64,000 nucleotides of DNA from the human T2T-CHM13v2.0 reference genome, Homo sapiens (GCF_009914755.1 NC_060932.1); one strand, 5' to 3'; counted from the first letter of the stretch, positions 21,587 to 61,989 are shown. Notes: a model not told the origin generated them from the sequence alone. Numbers and translations: made by a program.

Positions 21587-21587
<1 letters not shown>

Positions 21588-21619
<32 letters not shown>
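21588..21619 (+). repeat. (TG)n microsatellite
   Basis: ~14 TG units. Confidence 0.9.
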
Positions 21620-21765
21620 TTCTGTCTTGTTTTTGCTTTGAGACAGGGTCTTGATACGTCACCCAGGCTGGAGTGCAGTGACATGATCACTGCCCACTGA
21701 AACCTCAAACTCCTGGGCTCAAGGGATCCTCCCACCTCAGCCTCCCAAACAGCTGGAACTACTAG

Positions 21766-21948
<183 letters not shown>

Positions 21949-24861
21949 TAGGTTTTTTTTTTCTGTGTAATCTATCCAGCTTAGACCCATTCCCCTGAAG
22001 TTCCACTGAAACCCCTCTTCACTAGGCAACTGTACTTGAAGATGCTCCAAGTGCTAACAAGACTCTTCAAGACACTCAGATGATCCATATTCTCTGGCCT
22101 TCAGTACTCCCAAGATGCCCCCAAGTTTGTTGGGGATACTTCTAACACCCTCCTTCTGTTCACTGAAGCACCCCCTCCTAGTCTACTCCATTTATCTTAA
22201 AATATTCTCCCAGTCTTTGGCCCACCCAGAATCTGTTAATCATCCCTCACCATCGTTTAATAATTTATTTATTGAGTGCTTCTTGTGTTCCTCTGTATAT
22301 TCTGGGCGGACAATGATGAATAAGACCAGTCTCTGTCCTGGGAATGCAGTCATATTCTCCTTGCAGTTCCCCAGAGACCTCCACACATGTTGTCTGATCT
22401 AAGCCTTTAACTGGCCATTGAGATGGGCATCTTGCCTCATATTTTACAAATGAAGAAACTGAGTGTAAGAAGGCTAAATGACCTTCTGTAGGGAAATGGC
22501 AAAGCCAGGCTATTGTTGGGTTGGCTACGTGGTGACTGCCCTCAGGAGCCTGCCCTCCAGCTGCTCAGACTCCTCAGCTCACTCACTCTCGGCCCCGGAA
22601 GCTTCACTTAAACATCAAGTGAAGAGCTGATGTCCTGTGGCAGCCTTCAAGAATCTCTGAGACCCTCACCTGCATCTACCAGAGAAGCACTCACCAGCAG
22701 AGTTGTGGGCTTGCTTCATTTCCCCCTATTTTTTTTTTTTTTTTTTTGCCTTAGCTGTGGGCAATTGGGGTTGGGAGAGCCAGTCCGTCAGTAAATACCT
22801 GCTGAGCAGCAGGCACTGTGCTAGGCTCTGGGAAGTCACCTTGAACTCACCTTCCATATAGGTGGGAGGATATTAACACCAAAAATTCTTTGAATAAGAA
22901 ATTCTAATAGAGACCCTTTGGAACATGCTCATGTTTTTAACACAGAGACACAGTGGGCAGTAGTGTTTATATTTGTTTTTCTATTTTTAAGCGTTCTATT
23001 TTTACGGTTAGGCTTCTGTCCAAGCCCAGGGTCTAGGTGGAAGCCCCTTTGGAGCTAAGGCTTGAGGCCACAGCTGAAGGGCCCTGAGGGTGCACGGCCC
23101 CAGGGGTGGAAGCGGGTTGGAACCTCAGACAAACACCCGGGCCACACTGTGGTGCTCTCCTCACCCCTAGGTGTCTGCTGAGTCACTGGCCACCCCACCC
23201 TCCCTCCAAGGGGCAGGGGGAGCTGCTTTTTAAAGTAGCTATTGTCTGCACTGGCAAAAACTGCCAGTGCTGAAAGCCCCAAAGAGGTTTGGTTCTTACA
23301 GAGTTGATTTTAAGCAGAAAAACAGGGGTTCTGATCAGAAAATATATTATCCTTACTTAGTTTTCAAATCTTTAGAGGAAGGAAGGTGTGGATCAGGAGA
23401 CACCACACGATTGTATCTTACACTTGGGGTGGTATTTCCCATTTTTCAGGTTGGAATGAGTGGGTTCATTGACTCCGTAGACCTGCCTGCCCCAAAAGGA
23501 GTGGGTTCTCCACTCTCCTTTCTTCTTCCTTACTATTTGTGTTCTGCTGTTTATATCTAGTAATCACTAGGCAAGTAATCTTGGGAAAGTGTTTTAACTA
23601 CATGGCCTTGCTTTCCCCGTCCATAAAGCGTGGAGAATAACACTGCCCAACTCAAATGGCTGTGCTGAACGTGGAATGAAGTAATTCACCTCTTTGTAAA
23701 TTGTGAGACTCTAAACAAAAGTTAATTGTCTTCACTCTACTTATTTATTCTTTTATGGTGTCATTTGCTTCCAAACTCTCCCCAAGCATTTTATTTGGTA
23801 GCAGAGTGCCTGGCCCTGTGGAGGGCTTCATGCATGAAGACCGTGACTCCTAGTGGGGTCAAAGCATTAAACTAACACCTTGGTGGTGCAGGGATTTATC
23901 CTCATCTCCAGTGAAGAAACACTGGACGCTAGAGGAGGAAAGGAAGTGTCCTCCATAGAGGAGAAGAATGAGGGTGGGGGAGAAGTTCCCCTTTCAGATG
24001 CTTTTCCTTCTCCACCCCACCCCACCCCATAGTGTTCCCTCATTCTCAGCCTCCCCAACACTCATCCCCACCCTACCCTGATTCCCTATTCTCCGATCAC
24101 AAACCCTCAACTCTCAAGATAACATACCGTTGAGATGAAAATGGTTGATATGGCTGGGAGTTGTAAAATGAGAGCACTGGATTCAACTCTGGAGAGAACA
24201 CGTAGTGTGACACTTTCATTTTACAGAGAGGCAGCAAGGGGCTGATGCATGACTTCTGCCAGTGTTTTACATTTTTAAAAGACAAGGAAGAATTCGATGT
24301 GAAGGTGTAATTAGAGTTTGGGATTTGGGTGTTCTAGGCTGGAGAGAGTGGCTGGGGTGTGGGGTCCTGTGCCCTCCCTTCTCCCCACCTCTCCACCAAG
24401 CTGAGATCTTATCTATCCAGGAGACTCTTTGGAAATGGAATTCTTCAGGGCTTTTATCTCTGTCCTTCTACCTCCCTTTAAAACATACAGCATTGCTTTC
24501 ATGTTTGAACAATAAGATAATTCAGTTAAAATAGAGCTACAATTCTTGTCTCACTCAACTGCCCCCATAAAAAGCAACTAAAATATCCAAGACTTTGCTC
24601 AAATAGAATCTGTCTTTGGAGACTTCCCCCACTATTTCCTGACAGACGGTGGTCATAGCTCCTATATCTGCTTCCACACTTACCTGTGGTATCTCCCCTT
24701 CTAGACTTGGGCCCAAAGCCTCTTGGCATAAGAGGCTCATTGCATGTACCTGGCACATCCTGAACTCTCAATATGGTAGGATGAATCCATCAAAGAAGTG
24801 GATCAGTAACAATTAGCAATCCTGAGTTTAATCTTGAGATGCTGCATATGGAAAGCTCTTT

Positions 24862-26267
<1,406 letters not shown>

Positions 26268-27255
26268 TCAGAAAGACTGGGGAAACTAGTCTTTTTTTTG
26301 CCCTGCTCGGAGACCGGGCATCTGAGGTTTGCCTACTGTTTGGGAGAGGAACACAGGGATACTGAGGAGGCAGAGGAGAGAATGGCTAAGCCCCTCACCT
26401 CTGCCCTGCAGTGGCCTCTGGCCCCAGGTGCTGCTGGCCCTACCACCCCTTCACCAAGTCACTCCACTCTTGACGCTGCACCCTCACCCAGCAGTCTGCA
26501 AACCAGTTTAGTTAAGAGTGCCCAAAGTGGAAAGAAGGAAGCCAAATGCCAAAATCATCCCTTTTCCTAGTATTATTTGGTTCGGGTGAGGTCAGGTGTA
26601 GCAAGTAGTCAGTTGTGAGGCAAGATTTAGGGAGCACAGGAAGGCTCAGGCTCAAAAATAAATTCCACGTGAATGCCTGAACAGTTGGTGACTAATTCAT
26701 CCCTTTATTCACTAAACAAATATTTATCCAGTACTCCTCAGACAACCCCTCCCCCAACTAAATAGAAATGGTGTCTGTCCTCAAGTTGATCACAATGCAG
26801 CAGAAAATTCTAATTTAAATGTAATTCACCCAATGCCAGGTGGGGCTCCTGGAATCATAGGAAGGGCTCTGTTTTGGAGCCTGGGTTGTTGACCTTAAAG
26901 TCCAGCCTTCCAAATCCAGCCGATGACCTGAGACAAGTTACTTAACTTGTTACAACCTGTTTTCTCATATGTCTAAAAGCTGTGATGATAGTAATAGCTT
27001 ACCTTTGTTGTAAGAGTTCTACAAACACATGTGACTCAGGAGAGGTACTGAGAGCTTCTAGTAAGAAGTCAACAAAGTATTATGGGAGTACAAAGGTAGT
27101 AACAATTTACCTCTCCCTCCAGGCACTGAGAGGGTGGCATCTGAAATGGATCTTGAAGGACACATAGGAATTGGCCAGGTGGAAAAGACAGGAGGTAAAT
27201 ATCAGGCAAAGGGAACAGTATATGCAAACTACTGAAGCGAGAAACAGCATAATGT

Positions 27256-29211
<1,956 letters not shown>

Positions 29212-29395
29212 TTAATTCTAATGTTGTGCTTTACTTGCCTTTTTAAAGCTTTTAAAGCAATAAATAATTATACAACTTAACAAGAAATAACACCAAGAAA
29301 AATGTTAGAAGACAAGCTACAAACTACAGAGAGATATTTGCATGCTTATGACAGATAAAATAATTACCATCCAGAATATATAAATAACTCTGAGT

Positions 29396-30162
29396 TGATG
29401 CAGGATTTTTCTCGACCCCTTCATCAGACTTTCAACAGGGGCATGGCCACCTTGGGCACCTGCAGGAGCAGGCTCTGTGCAGGCCCTGTGATGTTGCCCA
29501 GTAGGAGGTGCCTGTGACCCCCAAAGCTCCAGAGGGCATGTTACAATGCTCTCTTAGCTTCACCATCTGTGGACAGTGGTGTGTTATCAGCTCAATGAGC
29601 CCCTTGCCTCACTACGTCCACGTGAGATGGCTGCCCTCTGCCAGTGGGGGCAAAAGGCAGGTATGACAGCCTTTTTTTGGTACCCGCACTCAGTGGGTCC
29701 CAAACTCTTGTCCGCATCCAGGAAGAATAGGGTCGCATGGACACTTGAAGAATGGTGGAGGTGAAAAATTTTATTTAGTGATGGAAATGGCTTTCAGTGA
29801 AGAGGGGAGCTGGAGAGGGGGCGGGACAGGCAGGTAATCCTCCTTGAAGTCCAGCCATCTCCAGCCAGCTCTTCCCTGAAGTCAAGCTGTCTCTCTGAAG
29901 TCAAGTCACCTCTCTCCAGTCAAACCGCTTCTCCCCATCTACCAACTGAGTCTGGGGTCTTTACAGGCACAAGATGGGGGGTGGGATGGGTCGTAGGTAG
30001 TTTTGGAAAATGCAACATTTTCAGTGGAGAGGGGAGCTGGAGAGGGGGTGTGTGAAAAGGCACACACCACCACACTCAGCTAATTTTTGTATTTTTAGTA
30101 AAGATGGGGTTTCACCATGTTGACCAAGCTGCCTAGAATTTATCTGCCTCCTGTCTCTATCA
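29396..30162. mobile_element. Solo ERV1-class LTR, MER52/LTR27-28-like, inside an L1M fragment
   Basis: Begins 'TGATGCAGGATTTTTCTCGACCCCTTC' and ends 'gcctagaatttatctgcctcctgtctcTATCA'. Flanks read as L1 ('atccagaatatataaataactc...tcagtaagaaag'). Subfamily uncertain. Confidence 0.7.
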
Positions 30163-30174
30163 AGATCAGTAAGA

Positions 30175-30704
<530 letters not shown>

Positions 30705-30814
30705 CTAACAAAACTCAAACAAGGTGAGAAAAGGTACCTTGGAGATCTTAAATACCTCTCCTTTTTTCTCTTTTCCCATCTGTTTTCTAACAGGAAAAAA
30801 CATGCTCGGTTTAT

Positions 30815-35052
<4,238 letters not shown>

Positions 35053-35064
35053 CCACATCTTTTT

Positions 35065-35769
<705 letters not shown>

Positions 35770-35869
35770 CTAATCGTTAACAGATAAGGAAAGTGCCACA
35801 GGCACTGGTACTAGTAACAATAGCTAATATTTCTATGACATGTATTGTCACTTAAAAATAGTATTAAGG

Positions 35870-40896
<5,027 letters not shown>

Positions 40897-41842
40897 TCAC
40901 GGAAATGCATGATTTGTTAGAAGTTAGTCTATGCATTCATTATTCCTCTTTCTTGCTTTCAACAACACCTCACTTCACACAATACCCTACAGTTAACAGG
41001 TACTTTCACAGTCTGTGTTTCATTTGATTTAATGAAAATACAAATGAAAGATGATAATTCCCGTGTTATAAATGAGGAAATAGGCACAGAGAAGTGACCA
41101 AAGTCACGTCTTATAAACAGCAGGTTGCAAATTACAGCATAGTTTTTCTGACTCAGTCAAAAGCACTTTTCTAGCATGACTAAGTGACTTAATGATCAAT
41201 CTTATAAGAACATTCTGATTTTAACCTTCAATAATCTAATTTCACCTTTTTTTTATTTTTTAACCCTTTGTTGCCCATTTTTTTTGTTCTGGAACATAAT
41301 AAGTATCTGGAGTCTGTGCCACTGTGATTTGAACAAGCAAGAACATGAAGTTACTTCTGTGACCCAAAGGCCTCATATTTTCAAAGATGCTATAATTATA
41401 GTCCAGCTGCGTTCTGCCCTCAGGAAAGAGTCTTGCAGATTCCGCAACTGTCAAATGAGGGGCTTGGGCTACAATCACTCAGTGTTAACATTCTATGATT
41501 CATTTTTATAACCATCAGTGTGATTTAAAAGTGTCCATTAAGCAGATAGACACACACTGAAAAAAATATATGAACAATTATAAATAAAAAAAGTTAGTAA
41601 TTGGTATCTTTGGGTAATTGAGTCATATTTATCTTTTTTCTTCTTTTTGCTTAAGTATATACCTTTTCTTTTTTCCTCTCTTTTCTCTCTCATCTTTAAC
41701 AGCATGGATAGCTTACATAATTTAGGTAACAAATATATAGTTCTATTTAGTTCTGAAACTGTCAAAAATGTCAGTGCTTGGCAAAATCTAGCATAATTAT
41801 AGCTAGATATTTTCCTTCTTTTTTTAAAAGAATTTTTAGTTC

Positions 41843-45445
<3,603 letters not shown>

Positions 45446-45599
45446 AGCTGTGTCTTTTATACACTTGTTGCATAAGATGATTTTGAGAGATTATGGGATG
45501 GTAGTCTTGCCTGCCAGCTGCTACTCCTGGGGGAAAGAGCTAGGTCTCCTTTCTGCCTAGCCCAGAAAAACTGTGCTGCTAAGTAAAAGGGTTAGCACT

Positions 45600-46690
<1,091 letters not shown>

Positions 46691-47099
46691 TAGCACGTGG
46701 ATTGGGGATTTGCTCCTCTTTCAGAGAAAGCCTAGGTTCTGCAGGAGAACCATGAATACTGATTAATTGCTATGGCGTTCCTCAGGATTTCAAAGGAGAT
46801 ATCAGGCCCTGAAGTTACCTTTTTAAAAGGCCTAGAGTAGGACAAAGAAAGGTTTATAGTCTTATGTGCATTTAATTGAGGGTATTGAAAACCAAACAAA
46901 ACACTGCTCATGGAGCACGTGCCCTGGGCTCCCGGCAAGTCGCCTCAGAACTTTGCCTCTCAAAAAACCTGTTGAAAGATTATGTGAATGAGTTTAAAGG
47001 TTTCTTTGACTTTTGGACAATACACGTTTTGAGGAGTTGAAAAACTCTCATTGATGAAAAAAAAGTGGGGGGCAGGGGATGGGGGTTGGAGACTAGTTG

Positions 47100-47620
47100 T
47101 TTTTCTTTTTTTTTTTTAAATTTTGAGATGGGGTCTCACTCTGTCACCAAGGCCAGGGTACAGTGGCATGACTGTGGCTCATTGCAGCTTCCACCTCCTG
47201 GGCTCAAGCAATCCTCCCTCCTCAGCCTCCTGAGTAGCTCCCAAATACAAGCGGGCTCCACCACACCCAGCTAATTTTTATTTATTTATTTATTTGAGAC
47301 AAAGTTTCGCTCTTGTCACCCAGGATGGAGTGCAATGGCGTGATCTCGGCTCGCTGCAACCTCCACTTCCTGCGTTCAAGTGATTCTCCTGCCTCACCTT
47401 ACTGAGGAGCTGGGATTACAGGCGCCCACCACCACGTCCGGCTAATTTTTTGTATGTTCAGTAGAGACAGGTTTCACCACATTGGCCAGGCTGGTCTCGA
47501 ACTCCTGACCACTGGTGATCCACTCGCCTCGGCTGGGATTACAGGCATGAGCCACTGCATCAAGCCTAATTTTTAAAATTCTTGAAGGAGATGGGATCTC
47601 CTTATCTTGCCCAGGCTGTT
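47100..47620 (-). mobile_element. AluJ(-) with nested AluS (~47280-47566)
   Basis: TSD-like 'ctaattttta' on both sides of the inner Alu. Confidence 0.8.
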
Positions 47621-47805
47621 CTTTTCTATTTAAACACAGCACTTAATATCTGGTTCTTTGACCTTCTCCGTAGACCTGGAATATTCTGACACAGGATGCC
47701 ATATTTCACATCCTGACACTATCCCCGAAACCACCTTGGACAAGCTACACCATCAATATAGGCCTGGATTCCTCCTCCCGCAAATATACAAGAATGCCTG
47801 CCTCA

Positions 47806-47866
47806 AGGTTGAAGTGAACTGAGATTGCACCTGGGCAACAAGAGTGAAACTCCATCTCAAAAAAAA
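47806..47866 (+). mobile_element. Severely 5'-truncated Alu (~60 bp)
   Basis: Alu 3' end plus A tail between perfect 16-bp TSDs 'aagaatgcctgcctca' (47790-47805 and 47867-47882). Confidence 0.9.
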
Positions 47867-49009
47867 AAGAATGCCTGCCTCACAGGGTTGCTCAGGGTCA
47901 TATGCTTGAACATATACAAAGTACTTAAACCAGGGCCTGGTACATTCATTTGTTTATAAAACAATTCCATGCCTCTTGTCACCACAAGGATCAGCATGGA
48001 CCGGCCCCTCCTGTCTGCCGCCTCGTCCCCTGCAGGGTTGCTCCCCCGAGACTAATGCTCCTCGCTCACTGGCCTTCCTCTGTCCCTTAAGCATCCAAGT
48101 TCATTTCCATCTTCAGGCCTTGCCTCAGCCTGGTTTTTCAGCCTGACACCCTCTTACTAGATCTTTGCATTGGAGTCCTTGGTGGCATTCCAAGGCTTTC
48201 TGAGGAAAGTATCCACTGTGACCTCCAGGCACTCTAGCTATGGCTCTTTTATTATTATTAACACTATTATTAACACTATATTATTATTACTACGATCTGA
48301 AATTATTTTATGTTTACTTGTGTGCATATTTACTCTCTGACTCCCCTCCATGAGGATGTCAGCAAGGCAGGATCTTGTTTACCACTATTTCCCCACTGCC
48401 TCCAACAGGGTCTTGACATGCTGGGCCAGGGCTCACAGAACATTTGCCGAATGAAAGTGTGGGTGAGTGAGTGGAACAAGGAATGTCCCAGGAAAAAACA
48501 CTTGAAGAGGGAAGCCTGAAGGGAAAGTCAGTGTTTGCTGTATTTGTCTTAGGTAGGGGACAAGGGACAAATGCAAGAGCCTGGGCAAGTGGACCTTGGA
48601 AGCCCGTCCCTGGATGCCTTCATCCCCTGCACCAAGCAGCCATGGCGCCACTAATTTTGCACTGAAGATGTCTATGTTTCACTTGTCTGTCTTCCCCAAG
48701 GGACTTCCTGCTCCTTGAGAAAGAAGCCTGGTCCTACTTGACTTTTATCAATGCCTAACACCAATCAGGCAGGCATACAATAGATGCTCAATAAAAGAGT
48801 TTGATGAATTAACAAATATAAACAAACAAATATATATATATGCTATTATATTTCAAGTTAATACTAATAAAGTAACTGATGCTTGTCTTTGGAAAATATT
48901 GGACCTTTAGTAAATTAAGGTTTGCTTCAGCTTTATTTGGGGTGTCTCTAAAGTCAGGTATGGAAATGTGTCAGGCGTACTTTGGTCATTGGTGGCACAG
49001 AGAACAGGG

Positions 49010-49360
49010 AGAAACTGGGGCCGGGCGGGGGTAGGGGGAGACCAGGGAACAAAGTCAGAGGCGGCTGAGGCTGTGCTTCCTTATTTCTAGAGAAGGGGAT
49101 CCAGAAAGGCAGGTAGGTGGTGAGGGACACCTGGGATTTCCCCGAAGGGGCTGGGAGCGTCACCCCACCCCGCCCTGCCTTTGTGCTCGGCGTATCAGTA
49201 ACAGGCCCAGCGGGGACTCATCTGGGTGCCACGGGTGAGGTCAGGAGGGGTGGGGACTGAAGGAGGGCTGGGGAGTCAGCAAACACTCTTGCAGGACCTT
49301 TACATAGATAAATGAGGGTGGGGAGAGGGGAGAAAAACCCCCCCAGGGAGAACAGAGGGA
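49010..49360. promoter_or_regulatory. GC-box/G-run-rich unique segment, candidate enhancer or promoter
   Basis: 'ggggccgggcgggggtaggggg' (SP/KLF, G4-capable) and 'caccccaccccgccc'; repeat-free ~1 kb within an Alu-dense region. Confidence 0.4.
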
Positions 49361-49737
49361 GGCTCCGCAAAACTGCACTCAGGTGACCCCTGAGAGTGCA
49401 AAAGCCTTTCATCAAGCCCCACCTGAAGGCCAATTGTTCTGCAATCCACAGGGTGGTTTTGGCTCTAGGCTTATCTAAATCCAGTCTTGGGGAGTGGGAG
49501 GGAATGGGGTTTCTTTCTTTAAAGGGAGAGGACAAACAAAACTGCTCACATAACAAAAGCTTTCTTTCTTGCTGGTATTTAAATTCTTCAAAAATTTATC
49601 TGCCTCCAAAAGTAAGGGAGAAATTTGATTTTGCTTTGAAAAACACTTCTTTCCCCAGCCCCATCCATCATAGTACCCACACACCTCCCTTTTAAAACTG
49701 CTGTTATATTCCTGACTTCTCTTGGAAATAACAATTC

Positions 49738-49739
<2 letters not shown>

Positions 49740-49778
<39 letters not shown>
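49740..49778 (+). repeat. (TG)n microsatellite
   Basis: ~19 uninterrupted TG units. Confidence 0.95.
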
Positions 49779-49780
<2 letters not shown>

Positions 49781-50109
49781 CCTGGAATAGCAATTCTAAT
49801 GAAAACGCGCCTGGAATCTTTTTTCCAAACAAGCACACACTACATGCCAGAGACAGACACAGAGATATGGGTAGTTTAATAGGATTAGGGAGTTTTACAT
49901 TATACCTAAACTAAGACTAAAAAAAGACCAATGGCTGAACCTAAAGAATATGCTGTTCTACATTGAGGAGTGTCTTAGAATAAGCTACAATCTCTTTAAG
50001 CCTCAGTTTCCTCATTTGAAAAGTGGTGATGTAATAATACCTGCCTCATTTGCTTGTGAAGATTGAGATCGTGTGTGGGAAAGCCTTTGGGAGAATATTT
50101 GGCCCATAA

Positions 50110-54653
<4,544 letters not shown>

Positions 54654-54988
54654 TAACAGTGAGCAGCAGAGGCAGGGCTGTGTTGGTCCCATTTGGCATC
54701 ACTGGGAGATAACCATTTACAGACATTTTATCATGAAGATCTTTACACCCCCTATCTTAAGACGACAGGTTTTCACATAATTTTTTTCAAAGCCCACAGC
54801 TAACACCTTTAATTCATTTTAGGGCTTCTTCATTACTTTGAAGCTTCAGCCTGCAGCTCTATTTCTCACTGTCTGTGCAGATGTCAGAAGGAGGCCATCA
54901 CCAAAGGCTGGGGCTGCTCGCAGGGCTGGCACCGAGGGGAGCCACCCCTTTCACTTTTTGACACTTAAGTTTTTTGCAAACTGCAGCC

Positions 54989-55622
<634 letters not shown>

Positions 55623-56229
55623 CATTCTCCATGGTTCCAAGTATACCATCCTCTTCTACCTCTTCTGCTTCTTTGGTGATAGATCCTTTTTGACCTCTTT
55701 CACTGACTTCGTTTACCCTAGCCACCCCTTAGACATCCATTTTTCTCCAATAATTTCAACTCTGATTGACTGTTATCTCCACATGCAGCTTCAGCTTTGC
55801 TCCTGACCTCCTGGCCTATATCCTCAACTGCTCACAAACACTCCAGCTGGATATTTCACAGTTCTCCAAGTAGAACAGGTCATTATTTCTACTACCCTCA
55901 TTCCCATACCTCAAACTGAGCTCTCCTCTCCTATTTGCTAGCATGGTTAATAAGATCCCCACATACACAACCACCCAAATTCAGTCTTGTAAATTTCCAT
56001 TCCCTCTGCCTCTCCTCCTGCGTCCTTTCTCTTAGATATCTTATAATCTCTCCCTCTGAAAGTCTTGAATTTAACCCCTTATTTCATTGTCAGTGTCACA
56101 ATCCTAGCTCCGACCTTCATTATCCATGGCTTGGACTATTATAATTTCTTCTTAATTGACTTATCTGTCTGCGGGTAATTTTCTAAAACACAAGCCTTGT
56201 CCTGTCACTCTTTCACTCAAAGACCTATG

Positions 56230-59348
<3,119 letters not shown>

Positions 59349-61677
59349 TCAAGGAACTTTAATAATTTAATTCCCTCTAAAGGCTAATGCTAATAGTATT
59401 CCCATTTTACAGATGAGAAAACAGGCTCAGAGAGGTTAAGCCGTTTGCTTAAGGTAACTCAGCAAGTAAGTAGCAGAGTGAGGATTCAAACCTGCCGGCA
59501 CTAAAACACATATTTCACGATATGTTATTGCCTGTTATGTCAAAAGAGGAAGAAAACATGTTGTCTGCCCTTCTTGAGGTTTCAGTCTCTGTAGGGAAAA
59601 AAGGTACAACTTTAAAGATAGAAAATTATGCTATTGCCTAAGGGAGTTTTAAGCCCATTGCGCATTGCTAAAAGAACAAAGGAGAGGTTAGAATATACTT
59701 CCTGCTCAAGAAAGACTCCTCTGGAATGCTTCCTGGGGGAGGGTATTGAAAGCAGGTAAATGCTGGCAGATATAGGTGGTTGACAGAGTAGGAGAGGCAG
59801 AGTCAGGATGTAAAAATGCACAGGGGCTTGTTCGGGAAATGGTATGTGGTCTACCTTGATTGGACTATAAAGATACTGTGGATTAATGTAAGGTAACCCT
59901 AGAACATAACAGGTTGTGTCCATAGCCCTTCTGAAGAAGACCTTGGATGTCAGGGGTTTACCCTGTTTACCAAGTGGCAAAAGAACTTCCATGAAGATGT
60001 TAAGGCAAGGAGTGAAATGGTCTGAGCAGTGCAGTGAAAGTGACCCCATCTTACGGCGTGCCCAGTGGATGGAAGTGAAGCCAAATGACTGCTTAAGAAG
60101 CAACTGCCAAAAATAGGACGGTGGCAGAGAGGAAGAAATAAAGAGCAGGGATGAGAGATATGTCAGAGTTGGGACCCACACAACTCTAGTTGATGTGGGG
60201 TGGTGGCATGGAGGAGAGGAAGAATGTGATCACTACCATTGTCTCAAATTTGGAAAGAATCCAAAACAAAGGGATGCGTGTGTTCACCTTGGGCAGGAAG
60301 AACTGAGGACCTGGGGTGTGGGTGTGTGGAGTTCAAGGTGATCCGAGGAGATGAAGAGGTTCATCAGGCAGATGAAAACTCAGAAGTTTTTGAGATGAGA
60401 CCCGAGGTCCTGATGGTGGGCTCTGATTTCACAGCCCTCTGCCTGGGAGTGATGGTTGGAGTCGCTGGCTCCTGTGCAGGTGTTGTGCGTGAGTGGCTTC
60501 CCATTAAAGGTTAACTGCATAAACACCATTGACTTAAAAAAAAAAAAAAAGGGTATCCGAAAACACCGGTAAAAGGAGTTTTGGACTCACATCCAGTTAA
60601 ATAAAGAACAAAGATTGCTAGCTGGTTAAACTAAAAAGTTACTTAAAAGATTACTAAAAAGTTACTTAAAAGTTAATGAAATCAGTTTTGAAACACTGAG
60701 ATTTTCCTATAGATTAGAAGGATCGTAATTGAAGTTAATTATAGTCATGCTAGATTTCCTCTCTGATGTTTATTTTTCTTCTGGTTATATTTCAGACAAT
60801 TAATAGCTCCTAATGACTCAGGGTTCCAAGTAATTACCACCAACACTTATAATCTGTCTTATTGGAATGTTCTCTTCACGCGGGGGCTCTGAAACTGAAG
60901 GAAATTTGTGATTGTTCATGAAAGTCCTTCCATAGGTTGTTAAAAAAATCAGACTTTAAAATAAATGTATTCTTCATTTATGTTTCTATTTGTAGCTAGA
61001 AAAAATGATAAAAATAATTAAGTACCATTTAAGTACTCTTTAAAAAGTTCCAATAATTCCCTCTCACACAGCTTTTCTTCCCTCCCATTTTAGAATGTTT
61101 GAGAGAAATGACAATTAAAGTAGAAGATGATTTTTTAAAAATTCCTTGAAACACTTTGCTTATATATAGGTCTTTCCCCCCTAGGTGTGAAAGCATTTTA
61201 GTGGAAGTTTCATCACAGCTTTGTAAATAATTAATCCTCTGTTTCCTCCAAAAGTCTGACAATGTAAGAGTAACAATAACAGGCCATAAAACACTCCCCC
61301 TAATTGAGCAAGGGCTCATTTTTCCCTAACAGGGTTTGGGTTGACTGGAATGTGCTGAAGTCACATTCCGACACCTTCCACTGGCCTGGGCAGCTACACA
61401 GGACTCCAAAGGGAACTGAGAATCTTTGTCTCTATTTCTGCTCTTAGGAAGAGGTCCAGGAAGAAATGAAGAGTCCAGAAGGCAGACTAGAAAAGGTGGT
61501 GGGTCTGGAAAACAAAGGACAAAGTAAATCATGGGGAGAGAGCTGGTCTATGTGTGGAAGGATGAGGCAGGCAGGGATGGAGAAATTCAAACGGGGCGGG
61601 GGGGAAGCTGACCCGAATACATTGGGGAGGACAATAGAAAAGCAGATCAGACATCCAGCCAAAAGCCCCCAAACGTC

Positions 61678-61981
61678 TTTTCTTTTTCTTTTTTCTTTCC
61701 TTTTTTTGAGACAGGGTCTCACTCTGTCACCCAGGCTGGAGTGCAGTGGTGCAAACACAGCTCACTACAGCCTCAACTCCCTGGGCTCAAGTGATCCTCC
61801 CTCCTCAGCCTCCCAAGTAGCTGGGACTACTGGTGCTAGCCACCACATCTGGCTAATTTTTGTAGAAACGGGGTTTCACCATGCTGCCCAGGCTGGTTTT
61901 GAACTCCTAGGCTCAAGCTATCCTCCCACCTCAGCCTCCCAAAGTGCTGGGATTACAAGCATGAGCCATTGTGCCTGGCCT
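61678..61981 (-). mobile_element. AluJ
   Basis: Antisense dimer with J-type motifs. Confidence 0.88.
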
Positions 61982-61989
61982 CCTTTTTT

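Noticed and set aside
59612-60181. 189-aa minus-strand ORF
   Set aside because: Non-ATG start, no recognisable domain, composition typical of non-coding DNA; a homology search would be needed to revive it.
60495-60560. ATTAAA followed by an A16 run, a possible retrocopy end
   Set aside because: No matching upstream TSD found and no recognisable parent.
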